A DNA stretch of 28,129 bases, taken from NCBI GenBank assembly GCA_018725485.1, contig QLUP01000001.1, forward strand, positions 1 to 28,129, read 5' to 3'. The stretch's first letter is position 1. Each line of letters begins with the position of its first letter. The stretch is from Candidatus Lithacetigena glycinireducens. Its GTDB lineage: Bacteria; Coprothermobacterota; HKB111. This document shows positions 1-9,024 of the stretch, piece by piece. The position numbers were made by a program, and so were the translations under genes. Below the pieces are notes generated by a model that saw nothing but the letters and a program-made list of their open reading frames with translations, did not search any database and had not been told where the DNA came from.

Positions 1-624
1 GATAAAGATCCTAACTGGTGGAATGTTTATGGTCTTGGCAGACTCGGGAAAATTGAGGGTTTAGTTTATCCTTATTTCTCCCAATGCAAAGAACTGCCTA
101 TGGGTGATTATATCTACGGATTAGATTGGGGCTTTAGTAATGATTATACCGCTCTGGTAAAAGTATTAGTGGATGGCAATAATTTATATTGTCAGGAATT
201 ATTATATGAAGTGGGTATGACCAATCAAGACATAGCTAATAGAATGATGGAGTTAGGTATTAGAAAGCATTACGATGAAATCTGGGCCGATTCTGCCGAG
301 CCAAAAAGCATTGAGGAGATTTATCGGTATGGCTTTAATATTAAAGGAGCGCCTAAGGGACCTGGAAGCGTAGAATACAGGCACCAGAAAATAAGGCAGT
401 ATAAATTGCAGGTTACCGAGGATAGTCTTAACTTAATTAAATCACTGCGGAACTTTCGCTACATTGAAGACAAGAATGGAAAACTGACCGATAAGACTAC
501 TCATAATTATTCACATTTGCCTGACGCCTTAGGTTATGCTATGATAGGAAGAGAAGGGGTAAGAAAAGATATGGAAAGGGTTATAGTATATAATAGCATG
601 GAGGAGATAGATTTTGACTTTTAG
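1..624 (+). CDS. terL: Terminase large subunit, C-terminal nuclease part (PBSX/Terminase_3-like), 5'-truncated by the window
   Basis: Frame 1 is open from base 1 (DKDPNWWNVYGLGRLGKIEG...), so the ORF-track start at 100 is internal. Motifs YGLDWGFSND, IWADSAEPKSI and HLPDALGYA are typical of the terminase RNase H-like domain. Lies directly upstream of the portal. Confidence 0.9.
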   Translation, partial: DKDPNWWNVYGLGRLGKIEGLVYPYFSQCKELPMGDYIYGLDWGFSNDYTALVKVLVDGNNLYCQELLYEVGMTNQDIANRMMELGIRKHYDEIWADSAEPKSIEEIYRYGFNIKGAPKGPGSVEYRHQKIRQYKLQVTEDSLNLIKSLRNFRYIEDKNGKLTDKTTHNYSHLPDALGYAMIGREGVRKDMERVIVYNSMEEIDFDF

Positions 625-650
625 TAAATTATTACAGGGATGAAACAAAA

Positions 651-2012
651 ATGTTAGATGAGTGGAACGAAATTTTGAGAGAAACTGTAAGAAATATTGA
701 GCAGGAGCTTTCTGACGACCGAGGATGGGTAAACCTTTCTCAATTAAATCTAAAAGGTGAATTTACTCAGAGCCACATAAAAGATATTATCAAGCGCTCT
801 CGTTACTATACCAAAATAGATCCTCTCGCTGCCCAGGCTTTAAGATTATGGACTGATTATACTTTTGGCTCAGGTTTAATAAGACGGGCTGAAGATGACA
901 AAATAAATAAGATAATGGATGAGTTCTGGGATGCACCGAGAAACCAATCTGTCTTATCCTGTGCTGGTCAGCGTAAAAACTCCCATAATTTATTAAGAGA
1001 TGGCAGTATTTATTTTGCTTTATTTTTGGCGCCAAAAGGACAGGCTACCATCAGAAGAATTGACCCTTTAGAAATTACCGAGATTATAACTGACCCTGAC
1101 GATGCTGAGGATATAAGATATTACAAAAGAGATTGGATAACTCCTCAGGGGGAGATGAAAACTGGATATTATAAAGCCTGGCAGAATAAGAAAGATGAGG
1201 CCACTAAAGATTATGCAGGTAAGACAATAACAGCCACTGAGGAGGCTTTAGTTTATAGATTAGAAAGAGAACCTGACGGGCTACCCTTAGTATTACCTGC
1301 CTTAGACTGGATAAAGTTATACAGGAGATTTTTGGCTTCTCGGGTAGCTGTTATCTTGGCTTTAGCTCGATTCGCCTGGAGAGAAAAGGTTGCAGGTGGA
1401 CCGCAGGCAGTGGCTGCTATTCGAGAAAAGCATGAGGGTGAGGAAATACCTGCTGGCTCTGTCCGCATAGAAAGCTTAGGTAGTAGCTTAGAGCCCATTA
1501 AAACTGATACTGGCTCTGCTCAGGCTTATCAGGATGGTAGGATGATTAAACTGCAGATATGCGCAGCCTTTGGAATACCTGAGCAGTATTTCGGGGATAT
1601 CAGCATTGGGAATCTGGCAACAGCCAAGACTGTTGAACTACCGATGATTAAGATGTTTGAGTCTTATCAGTCCATCTGGCTGGATGCTTATAAAGATATA
1701 AATAATATTGTCTTAAAACATAACGGAATAGATGGAGAGGATGTAAAAATAGATTGGGACCTGCCCAATATAACCCCGGAAGATGCCTCAGCAATAGCTA
1801 AAAACATCTCTGCTTTAATCCCTGTAATTCCAGAGCTGGCCTATAGTGATGATGTCTTACAGGCGGCTTTGATGTCTTTAGGTATTAAAGATATAAGCAA
1901 AGCTATAGAGAAATTAAAGAATATAACTGAGGCTCCACAGGTTGATGTTAACATTAAGTTAGCTAAGGCGCTAAAGTTATTTCAGGAGGTAATCAAAAAG
2001 AATGGTTTGTAA
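651..2012 (+). CDS. Portal protein
   Basis: 453 aa, directly after terL and before the head genes. Contains the portal-like segment ICAAFGIPEQYFGD..NLATAKT and is largely helical. Confidence 0.8.
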   Translation: MLDEWNEILRETVRNIEQELSDDRGWVNLSQLNLKGEFTQSHIKDIIKRSRYYTKIDPLAAQALRLWTDYTFGSGLIRRAEDDKINKIMDEFWDAPRNQSVLSCAGQRKNSHNLLRDGSIYFALFLAPKGQATIRRIDPLEITEIITDPDDAEDIRYYKRDWITPQGEMKTGYYKAWQNKKDEATKDYAGKTITATEEALVYRLEREPDGLPLVLPALDWIKLYRRFLASRVAVILALARFAWREKVAGGPQAVAAIREKHEGEEIPAGSVRIESLGSSLEPIKTDTGSAQAYQDGRMIKLQICAAFGIPEQYFGDISIGNLATAKTVELPMIKMFESYQSIWLDAYKDINNIVLKHNGIDGEDVKIDWDLPNITPEDASAIAKNISALIPVIPELAYSDDVLQAALMSLGIKDISKAIEKLKNITEAPQVDVNIKLAKALKLFQEVIKKNGL

Positions 2013-2232
2013 GTCTTGCGGAGGATTAGGATTTATTGAGTATGAGGCTGGTTTAATCAGGGTTTTATGCTCTGATTGTGAGACAGGTCTAATCAAGCTT
2101 TTATCCCCTGATTACGAGGGAAAAGAGGAAGAAGAGATAAGTAGTGAACAAGTTGTTAGAAGCATTGACCGAGACGATACAGTTATTGGAGAAGAGAGAA
2201 ATCCCAGCCGATCCAGAAAGCGAAGTAAATAA
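2002..2232 (+). CDS. Small putative zinc-binding protein (CxxC...CxxC)
   Basis: MVCKSCGG...LCSDC, SD-like CAGGAGGT upstream; overlaps the next ORF by 89 nt. Confidence 0.45.
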   Translation: MVCKSCGGLGFIEYEAGLIRVLCSDCETGLIKLLSPDYEGKEEEEISSEQVVRSIDRDDTVIGEERNPSRSRKRSK

Positions 2233-2344
2233 AAAGCTTAGCAGTCAACTGGAAAGGGATTTACGGAGATACTTTAGGTCACTGGATGATGCCTTACCGT
2301 GGGAGGCGATAGAGGAACTTTATTATAAATTTGTAAAACAATAA
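2144..2344 (+). CDS. Hypothetical helical head-region protein (GTG start)
   Basis: 66 aa amphipathic helical sequence; its TAA overlaps the ATG of the gpF-like gene (TAATG), suggesting translational coupling. Confidence 0.55.
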   Translation: MNKLLEALTETIQLLEKREIPADPESEVNKKLSSQLERDLRRYFRSLDDALPWEAIEELYYKFVKQ

Positions 2345-2943
2345 TGAAAGAAGATATTGATGATATATTAGACCCAATACTCACGACCTTTCGAGGCACG
2401 CTACAATCCACTTTGCAGGGGCATGCGGTGAATGCTTACCTAAGAGGCAGTGCTCAATTAATTCAGTGGGGCAGGACAAAACTAACTGACCGTCCAGCTT
2501 TCTACGAAGGACCTCCCCTGGAAAGTGCCATCAGGTATGCTAATAGGCACTGTGCTAAATTAGTTACGAAAATAGATTTAGAAACCAAGGAAAGGCTAAG
2601 GATAATAATCAGCAATGCTATAAAAGAGAAGAGAGGTATCCCAGGATTAGCCAGGGATATCAGAAGAGAAATAGAGAATATGAAAAAATATAGGAGTGAA
2701 TTGATAGCTAAGACTGAGACGAGGAGAGCCTTATTCCATGCCTTTCAGGATAGAAGTAAAGCGATGGGGGTTACTGGCAAAAGATGGATTTTAGGTTCTG
2801 GTGGTAAAGAGGGAAATTGTGAAGATTGTAAAGCTAATGCTGCGGTGGGAGTTATTCCTATAGATGATGAGTTTCCGACGCCGCAAGATGAGGTGCACCC
2901 GGGTTGCCTTTGCAGCCTTGCACCTGTGATGTTAGAAAGATAA
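2344..2943 (+). CDS. Minor head protein, Mu gpF/SPP1 gp7-like
   Basis: Contains IAKTETRRA, a KRW..(CEDC) segment and C-terminal HPGCLCSLAP (HPxCxC motif of the MuF family); located after the portal. Confidence 0.8.
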   Translation: MKEDIDDILDPILTTFRGTLQSTLQGHAVNAYLRGSAQLIQWGRTKLTDRPAFYEGPPLESAIRYANRHCAKLVTKIDLETKERLRIIISNAIKEKRGIPGLARDIRREIENMKKYRSELIAKTETRRALFHAFQDRSKAMGVTGKRWILGSGGKEGNCEDCKANAAVGVIPIDDEFPTPQDEVHPGCLCSLAPVMLER

Positions 2944-2961
2944 AATGAAGGAGGTGAAAAA

Positions 2962-3144
2962 ATGGGACTTAAAGAAAGATTAGAGGAAATCCAGAGAAAG
3001 CAACGAGAAGATTTAAAGAAACTTAAGGAAGAGGGTGTTAGTGATGAAACTGTTGGAGGGATTCAAAAAGTCTTAAGGATTGTTGGGACTATTATTTTTG
3101 TGGTAGGATTATTAGGATTAGTTTTATCTTTTTTGTTGAGGTAA
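2962..3144 (+). CDS. Small membrane protein
   Basis: Strong SD AAGGAGGTG; charged N-terminus and a C-terminal hydrophobic helix (IVGTIIFVVGLLGLVLSFLL). Confidence 0.6.
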   Translation: MGLKERLEEIQRKQREDLKKLKEEGVSDETVGGIQKVLRIVGTIIFVVGLLGLVLSFLLR

Positions 3145-3146
3145 AA

Positions 3147-5120
3147 ATGCCTTACAAAACAATTGATGATTTACCAGAAGGAGTAAAGGGCTTACCAGTT
3201 AAAGCTCAGGAGATTTATTTGGCAGCTTTTAATTCTGCTTATGAGCAGTATAAAAGTGATGGGGCGGCCGCAGCGATTGCGTGGTCTGCCGTTAAAAGGA
3301 AGTTTGAGAAGAAAGGTGATAAATGGGTGGCCAAGGAGGCGAGCATGAGTGAATTACTCCTTCCTTACGGAAGGGGACTTCTCGGTGATAAAGTTAGAGA
3401 TAATTTAAGAAAAGCTTATGCCGAGATAATCCAAGAGTATGGCAAAAGGAATGCGGCTAAAGATGAAGCCAGAATTAGAAAGATAATCCAGTTAGCCTGT
3501 GAACTTCTATCAGAAGAGGAAGTAACAGAAGCGGGGAATATTGATTTTATTATAAATGCTTGGAAGGACTGGGCAGGCAGTTATACCGATTGCGTAGAGG
3601 CTTTGAGTGGTAAGCCAGGTATTACAGACCCAGAGTCCTTATGTGCCTGGCTACACTATAAGGCGGAGGGTAAATGGCCTGGAGAGAAGGAATCAGGTAA
3701 GACAGATTTTGACAATAAAACTTTATTGGCTATGAAAGAACAGGTTTTAACTCTGGCTTTAAAGGAAGCTGACTCTGTCCTAACCTTACTTAAAGGACTG
3801 GAATTAGTAAAAACGGAAGAAGGTAAAAAATATCCTAAGGAAGCTTATGCTTATGCACCTGGAGAGGATGTAACTCAATGGAAATTAAGATTGTGGGAAA
3901 CTCCAGAACTGAAAGTTACTAAAAACCAACTTAATAAAGCCTCAGCCTATTTAAGCCCTGGAGGCTATAAGGGTGATAAGATATCTATCCCTGTCGATTT
4001 AATAGAATCGGTAAAGAGAAAAGTAAGGACTGAATACAGAAAACTCGGTGTGGAAGATGAAGAAATACCCAGGTGGGTAAGTGAGGTAGAAAGTAGAACT
4101 CTTTTACTTGATTATGTCTCGCTTGCTGAGTCTAAAGTTTCATCTAAAGGAATAGCTGAGGTGGTTATCCTCAAACCTGGTTTTAATACCTCCAAGGAAA
4201 GGTATTATCCTCCTGAGGTAATTGTTAGGGATTTTGGGGTTTTTGAGGGCGTAAAAATGTATGCTGATCACCCTACTACGGAAGAGGATAAAAACCGCCC
4301 AGAAAGAAGTATTAAGGATTGGGTAGCCAACTTAAAGAATGTTAGAGTAAATAAGGAAGGACAAGCCGTTGGTGATGCTATCATAATTGAGCCATGGATG
4401 CAAGAGAAGTTAGCCACGCTGAGAGATAAAGGGCTCCTTAGCGAAATGGGAGTATCCATCAATGCAGTCGGGCAGGCGTCTAAGCAAACCATAGAGGGTG
4501 TTAAAACTAACTTTATTGAAAAGATAGTTAGAGCCCGTTCAATTGATTTTGTGACCGAGGCAGGAGCCGGGGGACTGGTACAGATGTACGAATCCAGTCC
4601 TGAATATGATGTGGATATCGTGTCTTTGGAAACTTTAAAGGAAAGAAGACCCGATATAATAAAAATAATAGAGGCTGAGGCCAAGGCCGAGGCCTTGCAG
4701 GAGGTAAAGAAGAAAATGGAGTTAGAAGAAAAGATAAAGTTATTAGAAGAACAAATAGCCACGCTTACCGTAGAAAGAGATGCATTAAAATCTCAGATAA
4801 CTGAGGCTGAAAAAGCTAAAGCAATCGCAGAGACCAAGGTTAAGTTAGACGAGGCTTTAGTCAAGAGCGAATTGCCAGAACCAGCTAAAGTTAGAATATT
4901 GGAGAGTTTTAAAGAGGCTCAATCTGTGGAAGGATTAGAAGAGGCTATTAAGATTGAAAAAGAATACATAGCCTCTCTCACGGAGGCGGGGAAAGTAAAA
5001 CATATGGGTGGAAGTCAGCCTGATTCTAAGGCTGCTAAAGAGGCTCTTAAGGAAAGTTTTAAGAAATTACACCCAGAATACAGTGAAGAACAGTTAAGAA
5101 TTGCCACAGAAGGCAAATAG
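3147..5120 (+). CDS. ChaB-domain / prohead protease / scaffold fusion protein
   Basis: N-terminal MPYKTIDDLPEGVKGLP..AQEIYLAAFNSAY..AAAIAWSAVKRKF is a ChaB signature. Central YADHP...GVSINA...SIDFVTEAGAGG fits a phage prohead serine protease. C-terminal Glu/Lys/Ala coiled coil fits a scaffold. Precedes the capsid genes. Confidence 0.8.
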   Translation: MPYKTIDDLPEGVKGLPVKAQEIYLAAFNSAYEQYKSDGAAAAIAWSAVKRKFEKKGDKWVAKEASMSELLLPYGRGLLGDKVRDNLRKAYAEIIQEYGKRNAAKDEARIRKIIQLACELLSEEEVTEAGNIDFIINAWKDWAGSYTDCVEALSGKPGITDPESLCAWLHYKAEGKWPGEKESGKTDFDNKTLLAMKEQVLTLALKEADSVLTLLKGLELVKTEEGKKYPKEAYAYAPGEDVTQWKLRLWETPELKVTKNQLNKASAYLSPGGYKGDKISIPVDLIESVKRKVRTEYRKLGVEDEEIPRWVSEVESRTLLLDYVSLAESKVSSKGIAEVVILKPGFNTSKERYYPPEVIVRDFGVFEGVKMYADHPTTEEDKNRPERSIKDWVANLKNVRVNKEGQAVGDAIIIEPWMQEKLATLRDKGLLSEMGVSINAVGQASKQTIEGVKTNFIEKIVRARSIDFVTEAGAGGLVQMYESSPEYDVDIVSLETLKERRPDIIKIIEAEAKAEALQEVKKKMELEEKIKLLEEQIATLTVERDALKSQITEAEKAKAIAETKVKLDEALVKSELPEPAKVRILESFKEAQSVEGLEEAIKIEKEYIASLTEAGKVKHMGGSQPDSKAAKEALKESFKKLHPEYSEEQLRIATEGK

Positions 5121-5129
5121 GAGGATTAA

Positions 5130-5963
5130 ATGGCGAGAAATATAACTTATAGACCAGGCTGGAAGATGTCTGTGGTTTGTAGCAATCCTGCGATACCGAG
5201 AAGCGGTGGAGCAGTGCGCTTAGGTATTTTGACAGGCATCGCCTTAACTGATAGAAGGCCTGATGGAACTACCTCAGTAGACTTTGGTCCTTTTATTGCG
5301 AGACTTCCAGTCAGGGATGAATTGAATTTAGTAGGCGGGATACCCGCAGGTGCAGCAGTCTTTTATCGAGATGATGCTGCGTTTTTAACCAACGATCCTG
5401 CTGGCACTAACCATTATTTTGGTATAGCCTTAGCCCCAGTTGGTAGGGCCTTAACCGCTACCATCGAAGTTTTGCACAGCGTAAGCCCTGGAGCAGGGAC
5501 ATTGGCTGTTGACTCTATAACTACGACCAGGATTGCTCCTGGAGCGGTTACAGAATCCAGGATTGCTCCAGCGAGTCTTACTGGAACAGTTGCCGCAGTT
5601 GTAGCTAACGCTAATGTTATTGGTGGGTTATTAGTGCTGCACCGTATTGACTGTCCTGATGTGGCTCAGAATAACGATATTATTCTGACTCACAGGACTA
5701 GACTTATTGATGCCTGGGGCCTGAATATAGGTGCTGCCGCTCATGCTACGGTTGATACCTGGCAGGTGTTTAGTGGTCCTAATGCTGTTAGCGATATAGT
5801 GACCAAAACTGCTGTTGTAAATGCAGTTAGGAGAATCAGCACTATTAATCCAGTCCACCACGAGATTCCGGTTGGCGGGATACTAAGAATAGCGGTCGCT
5901 AAAGGTGTTGGTACTCTGAATGCCGCAGTGACTGTGTATGTCTTAGGCGTTAGAGTAGCCTAA
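5130..5963 (+). CDS. Capsid cement/decoration protein (DUF2190-like N-terminus with extra C-terminal domain)
   Basis: Sits between scaffold and major capsid. N-terminal SGGAVRLG.L.GIALTD...GAAVFY...YFGIAL resembles DUF2190; short ITTTRIAPGA/VTESRIAPAS repeat links to a beta-rich C-domain. Confidence 0.6.
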   Translation: MARNITYRPGWKMSVVCSNPAIPRSGGAVRLGILTGIALTDRRPDGTTSVDFGPFIARLPVRDELNLVGGIPAGAAVFYRDDAAFLTNDPAGTNHYFGIALAPVGRALTATIEVLHSVSPGAGTLAVDSITTTRIAPGAVTESRIAPASLTGTVAAVVANANVIGGLLVLHRIDCPDVAQNNDIILTHRTRLIDAWGLNIGAAAHATVDTWQVFSGPNAVSDIVTKTAVVNAVRRISTINPVHHEIPVGGILRIAVAKGVGTLNAAVTVYVLGVRVA

Positions 5964-5976
5964 TAGGAGGTAAATA

Positions 5977-7116
5977 ATGGAATTATTAAAATTAATGGAA
6001 GGTTGGGATAGCTATAAAACTATCTCAGAAATAAATAAACCAGCCGACTGGGATACGAGGTTAACTAAGTTAGTTGAGTTATTAGCTAATTCTAGTGGTA
6101 TGCCTCGGTACAGACACGAGTATTTACTAAGAGAAGCGATGACTACTTCTGATTTTCCTTTTCTTTTTGGGGATGCATTAGACAGGCAGGTGTTAGCTGC
6201 CTATAAAGCGATCGAACCAGAATGGAAAAGGTATATGCGGATTAGCACAGTTGACCGGCTATTCCCTAATGTAGGAGGGAGAAGGTTTGCTATTGCTAAT
6301 TCAGGTATGGTTTTGGATGAAGTACCTGAAAAAGGCGAATACAAACTTGTTACTAAGGCAGAAACCAGGTATGATGTCTTTGCCAGGAAATACGGAAACA
6401 AATTAGAGATCTCTTGGGAGACCCTTTTGGCTGATGATTTAGGGGCTTTAAAAAACACACCTAATGAGATGGCCTGGCTGAGTGCTAATACCGAACATTT
6501 TTTGGCGGTAAGTGCTTATGCTGGAGATATAGGTACTCATGCTGGTGGTAATCTATATCAAGCCGGCGTTAATGCAGGAACCTTACCTTTAACTATTGAG
6601 AATTTAGAGACAGCTGTGGCGGCTATGCAAGCTTTTAGACATCCTTCCGGGCAACCGATGAGAAACAGACCTAAATATTTGGTGGTTTCCGATGGTGGTT
6701 TGGAAATGACTGCCAGAAAGATTTTAACTTCGGCAGTTCAATCCTTCTTAATTAGGGGAGCTACTGATATGCCAGCTATGCCCGTGCCAACAACTAATGT
6801 TATTTCTCAATATGGATTGGAGTTAATAGTTGATCCCTGGTTATCTATTGTGGGACCAACTGGTTTTACAAGAAGGTCCTGGTATCTGTTTGCTGCTCCG
6901 ACTATGATAGCAGCGATAGAATGTGATTACCTAAAAGGACATGAGAGACCGGAAATCTGTATGAAGGCTTCAAATAAGGTCTCTATCGGCGGTGGAGATC
7001 TCGGGCCCATGACTGGAGATTTTGAATCCGATAATACTCTGTATAGAGTGAGGCAGTGCTTTGGCGCTAACAAGCTGGACTGGAGAGCTACATATTATAG
7101 CAGGGTAGCTGACTAA
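5977..7116 (+). CDS. Major capsid protein (HK97 fold, Mu gpT-like)
   Basis: 379 aa, strong SD AGGAGGT, motifs EAMTTSDFP.L, KYG..L.ISWE.L..DDLGAL, P.YLVV, and C-terminal YRVRQCFGA..LDWRA.Y typical of Mu gpT-like capsids. Confidence 0.85.
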   Translation: MELLKLMEGWDSYKTISEINKPADWDTRLTKLVELLANSSGMPRYRHEYLLREAMTTSDFPFLFGDALDRQVLAAYKAIEPEWKRYMRISTVDRLFPNVGGRRFAIANSGMVLDEVPEKGEYKLVTKAETRYDVFARKYGNKLEISWETLLADDLGALKNTPNEMAWLSANTEHFLAVSAYAGDIGTHAGGNLYQAGVNAGTLPLTIENLETAVAAMQAFRHPSGQPMRNRPKYLVVSDGGLEMTARKILTSAVQSFLIRGATDMPAMPVPTTNVISQYGLELIVDPWLSIVGPTGFTRRSWYLFAAPTMIAAIECDYLKGHERPEICMKASNKVSIGGGDLGPMTGDFESDNTLYRVRQCFGANKLDWRATYYSRVAD

Positions 7117-7127
7117 GGGACAATTAC

Positions 7128-7149
7128 GGGGGGTTGGCGCCGATCCCCC
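7128..7149 (+). other. GC-rich hairpin directly after the capsid gene (mRNA-stabilising or weak terminator)
   Basis: GGGGGGTTG-GCGC-CGATCCCCC forms a 9-bp stem (2 G-U) with 4-nt loop; no U-tract follows. Confidence 0.45.
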
Positions 7150-7168
7150 AGTAGCAATGGAGTAAGAA

Positions 7169-7471
7169 GTGACTAATATTGAGAGAGTAAGGCTTTTAAT
7201 AGGTGATATAACGACACCACCTTATTATTCAGATATCAGGATAAGTGAGTTTTTATCTATTGCTGATAATTCCTTGTTTTTAGCTTCTGCTCTGGCTCTG
7301 CAGGCCTGGGCAGGTGCTCTGTCTGATTCTATGGACAGTGAGAAGATAGGGGATTATTCCTTTTCCAAAAAACAAGTAGAGAACAAGCTGGCACTGGCTG
7401 AATTATATCTGAAGAAGGAAAGTGAAACTCCAGCAGTAGCCTGGGCTTCTTTTAATCTCACTGGAGAATAG
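7169..7471 (+). CDS. Head-tail adaptor (connector) protein
   Basis: 100 aa, GTG start, RVRLLIGD...SDIRISEFL...SEKIGDYSFS motif typical of gp15-like adaptors; first gene after the capsid. Confidence 0.7.
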   Translation: MTNIERVRLLIGDITTPPYYSDIRISEFLSIADNSLFLASALALQAWAGALSDSMDSEKIGDYSFSKKQVENKLALAELYLKKESETPAVAWASFNLTGE

Positions 7472-7476
7472 GAATA

Positions 7477-7806
7477 ATAGCATATAGAAATTTATTAATT
7501 AATAGGTGCACCATAAGACGATACACCGAGGGCGTTGTTGATGCGTACGGTAATCCGGTAAAAACCTGGGTTAATCACTTAGTTAACGAGCCTTGCCGTT
7601 GGAGTACACCTAAAAACAGAGAAGTTAAAATTGGGGCTGAAGTAGTAATCGCTGACCTTCAGCTATTCCTAAGAGACATATCCATTTCGGAGAAAGATAG
7701 GGTGATCTTAGAGGGTAGGACCTATGAAATCCTGGAAGCAGTTAGAAGACAGGATGGAGTTGGTTCTCACCATGTTGAGGCTCTTTTGAGGGCAGTAATA
7801 TCATAA
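7477..7806 (+). CDS. Head-closure (stopper) protein, not in the ORF track; apparent ATA start
   Basis: Manual translation: (M)AYRNLLINRCTIRRYTEGVVDAYGNPVKTW...CRW...DRVILEGRTYEILEAV..HHVEALLRAVIS*, a typical SPP1 gp16-like sequence filling the gap between adaptor and gp10-like gene. In-frame TAA at 7453-7455 and no ATG/GTG/TTG near the 5' end. Confidence 0.7.
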   Translation: MAYRNLLINRCTIRRYTEGVVDAYGNPVKTWVNHLVNEPCRWSTPKNREVKIGAEVVIADLQLFLRDISISEKDRVILEGRTYEILEAVRRQDGVGSHHVEALLRAVIS

Positions 7807-7810
7807 TGCT

Positions 7811-8209
7811 ATGAAAATGAATATAGAAGTTAAGCTCAATTTGAAGACTGAAGCAGCAAAAAAGCTTGTGGAAGAAGCCACTCGGTTAGCTCTAAGAGAT
7901 ACAGTAGTAGCTGTACATGAAGATGCTATGCGTGGCTCACCTAAAAAGACAGGCCATAACATGCGTTCTATAGCCTCTGAAGTCTCAGGGATGGGAATGG
8001 TAGCTACCGGAGGAGAGGCTACTCCTGAGAAGGTAGTTGATGATAATAAGTTAGAAGCAGCCTGCTTCTCTACGTCAGGTTATGGTGGATTCCTGGAAAC
8101 AGGGACTTATAAAATGAACGCTCGCCCTTATTTTAAACCAGCCCTGGACAAAAACTTTACTGAAGAAAAGTTTGCTGAAAGAGTAAAGAGGCACTTAGAA
8201 AGAAGATGA
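7811..8209 (+). CDS. HK97 gp10-like tail completion/neck protein
   Basis: SPKKTGHNMRSI and GYGGFLETGTYKMNARPYFKPALD motifs characteristic of the gp10 family. Confidence 0.8.
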   Translation: MKMNIEVKLNLKTEAAKKLVEEATRLALRDTVVAVHEDAMRGSPKKTGHNMRSIASEVSGMGMVATGGEATPEKVVDDNKLEAACFSTSGYGGFLETGTYKMNARPYFKPALDKNFTEEKFAERVKRHLERR

Positions 8210-8210
8210 G

Positions 8211-8624
8211 ATGGCGGAAATACCTGATGTAAATGCTATATTCCGTGCTTACTTAGTAACTCAACCAGAGGTTACGAGACTCGTGGGCACGAGGATATAT
8301 TGCCCAAGGTTACCAGAGAATGCTACTTTACCAGCTATTGGTTATTTTGTTAGAGGTGGTCCTTCAGGTAATCCTCACATTCCTCCTCTCTTAACCCCGA
8401 GTTTTCAGGTGGATTGCTGGGCTGATTCTTTACCGAGGGCTCGTGAGGTTTACAGGGCGGTTTATAGTGCCCTGCAAGGAATCCAGGATGTAATAATCAC
8501 AGTTGGTGGAATTAATTACAGGATATTATCTGCCCGTGAGGAAGTTCAGGGGCAGGATTTAATTGAAAATGAAATACCTAATTATAGTCGGGTACTGACC
8601 TTTTTTGAGGTCCAAATATGTTAA
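8211..8624 (+). CDS. Tail terminator protein (DUF3168-like)
   Basis: LVGTRIY.PRLP..ATLPAI.Y and FQVDCWA motifs; canonical position before the tail tube. Confidence 0.8.
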   Translation: MAEIPDVNAIFRAYLVTQPEVTRLVGTRIYCPRLPENATLPAIGYFVRGGPSGNPHIPPLLTPSFQVDCWADSLPRAREVYRAVYSALQGIQDVIITVGGINYRILSAREEVQGQDLIENEIPNYSRVLTFFEVQIC

Positions 8625-8644
8625 TGATTAGGAGGTGCTAAAAA

Positions 8645-9013
8645 ATGGCAGATGTAATTTTGCCGGTAACTCAAGGAATTAAGACTGGTGTTTTGGATGT
8701 GGTAAACCATGTTAACTCCCGGGCAGGAACAGCGGCAGGGGCAGGTTTCTTTCTTATGCCTAATGATGGGATGACTGTGTTAGTGTGCGTCTGTGGAGTT
8801 ACGCCCAGGGCAATCAATTTCATCCCTGTTCCTGACAGATTCGGGCGGGTGGAGACCCTAAATCCAACTCCAACCGCAAGCGGAACGAGCATTTTCGGAC
8901 CCTTTTTACCCGAGATCTGGAACAATCATTTAGGCCAGATAAGGTTTCAGGCTGCTGCAGGCGGGTTAGCCACGGATAGATATTTAGCGGTCAGGATTTC
9001 TGACCCGAGATAG
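8645..9013 (+). CDS. Small virion structural protein of unknown role
   Basis: 122 aa beta-rich with PNDG and IFGPF..E.WN motifs, SD AGGAGGT, between terminator and tail tube. Confidence 0.6.
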   Translation: MADVILPVTQGIKTGVLDVVNHVNSRAGTAAGAGFFLMPNDGMTVLVCVCGVTPRAINFIPVPDRFGRVETLNPTPTASGTSIFGPFLPEIWNNHLGQIRFQAAAGGLATDRYLAVRISDPR

Positions 9014-9024
9014 GAGGTAAATAA

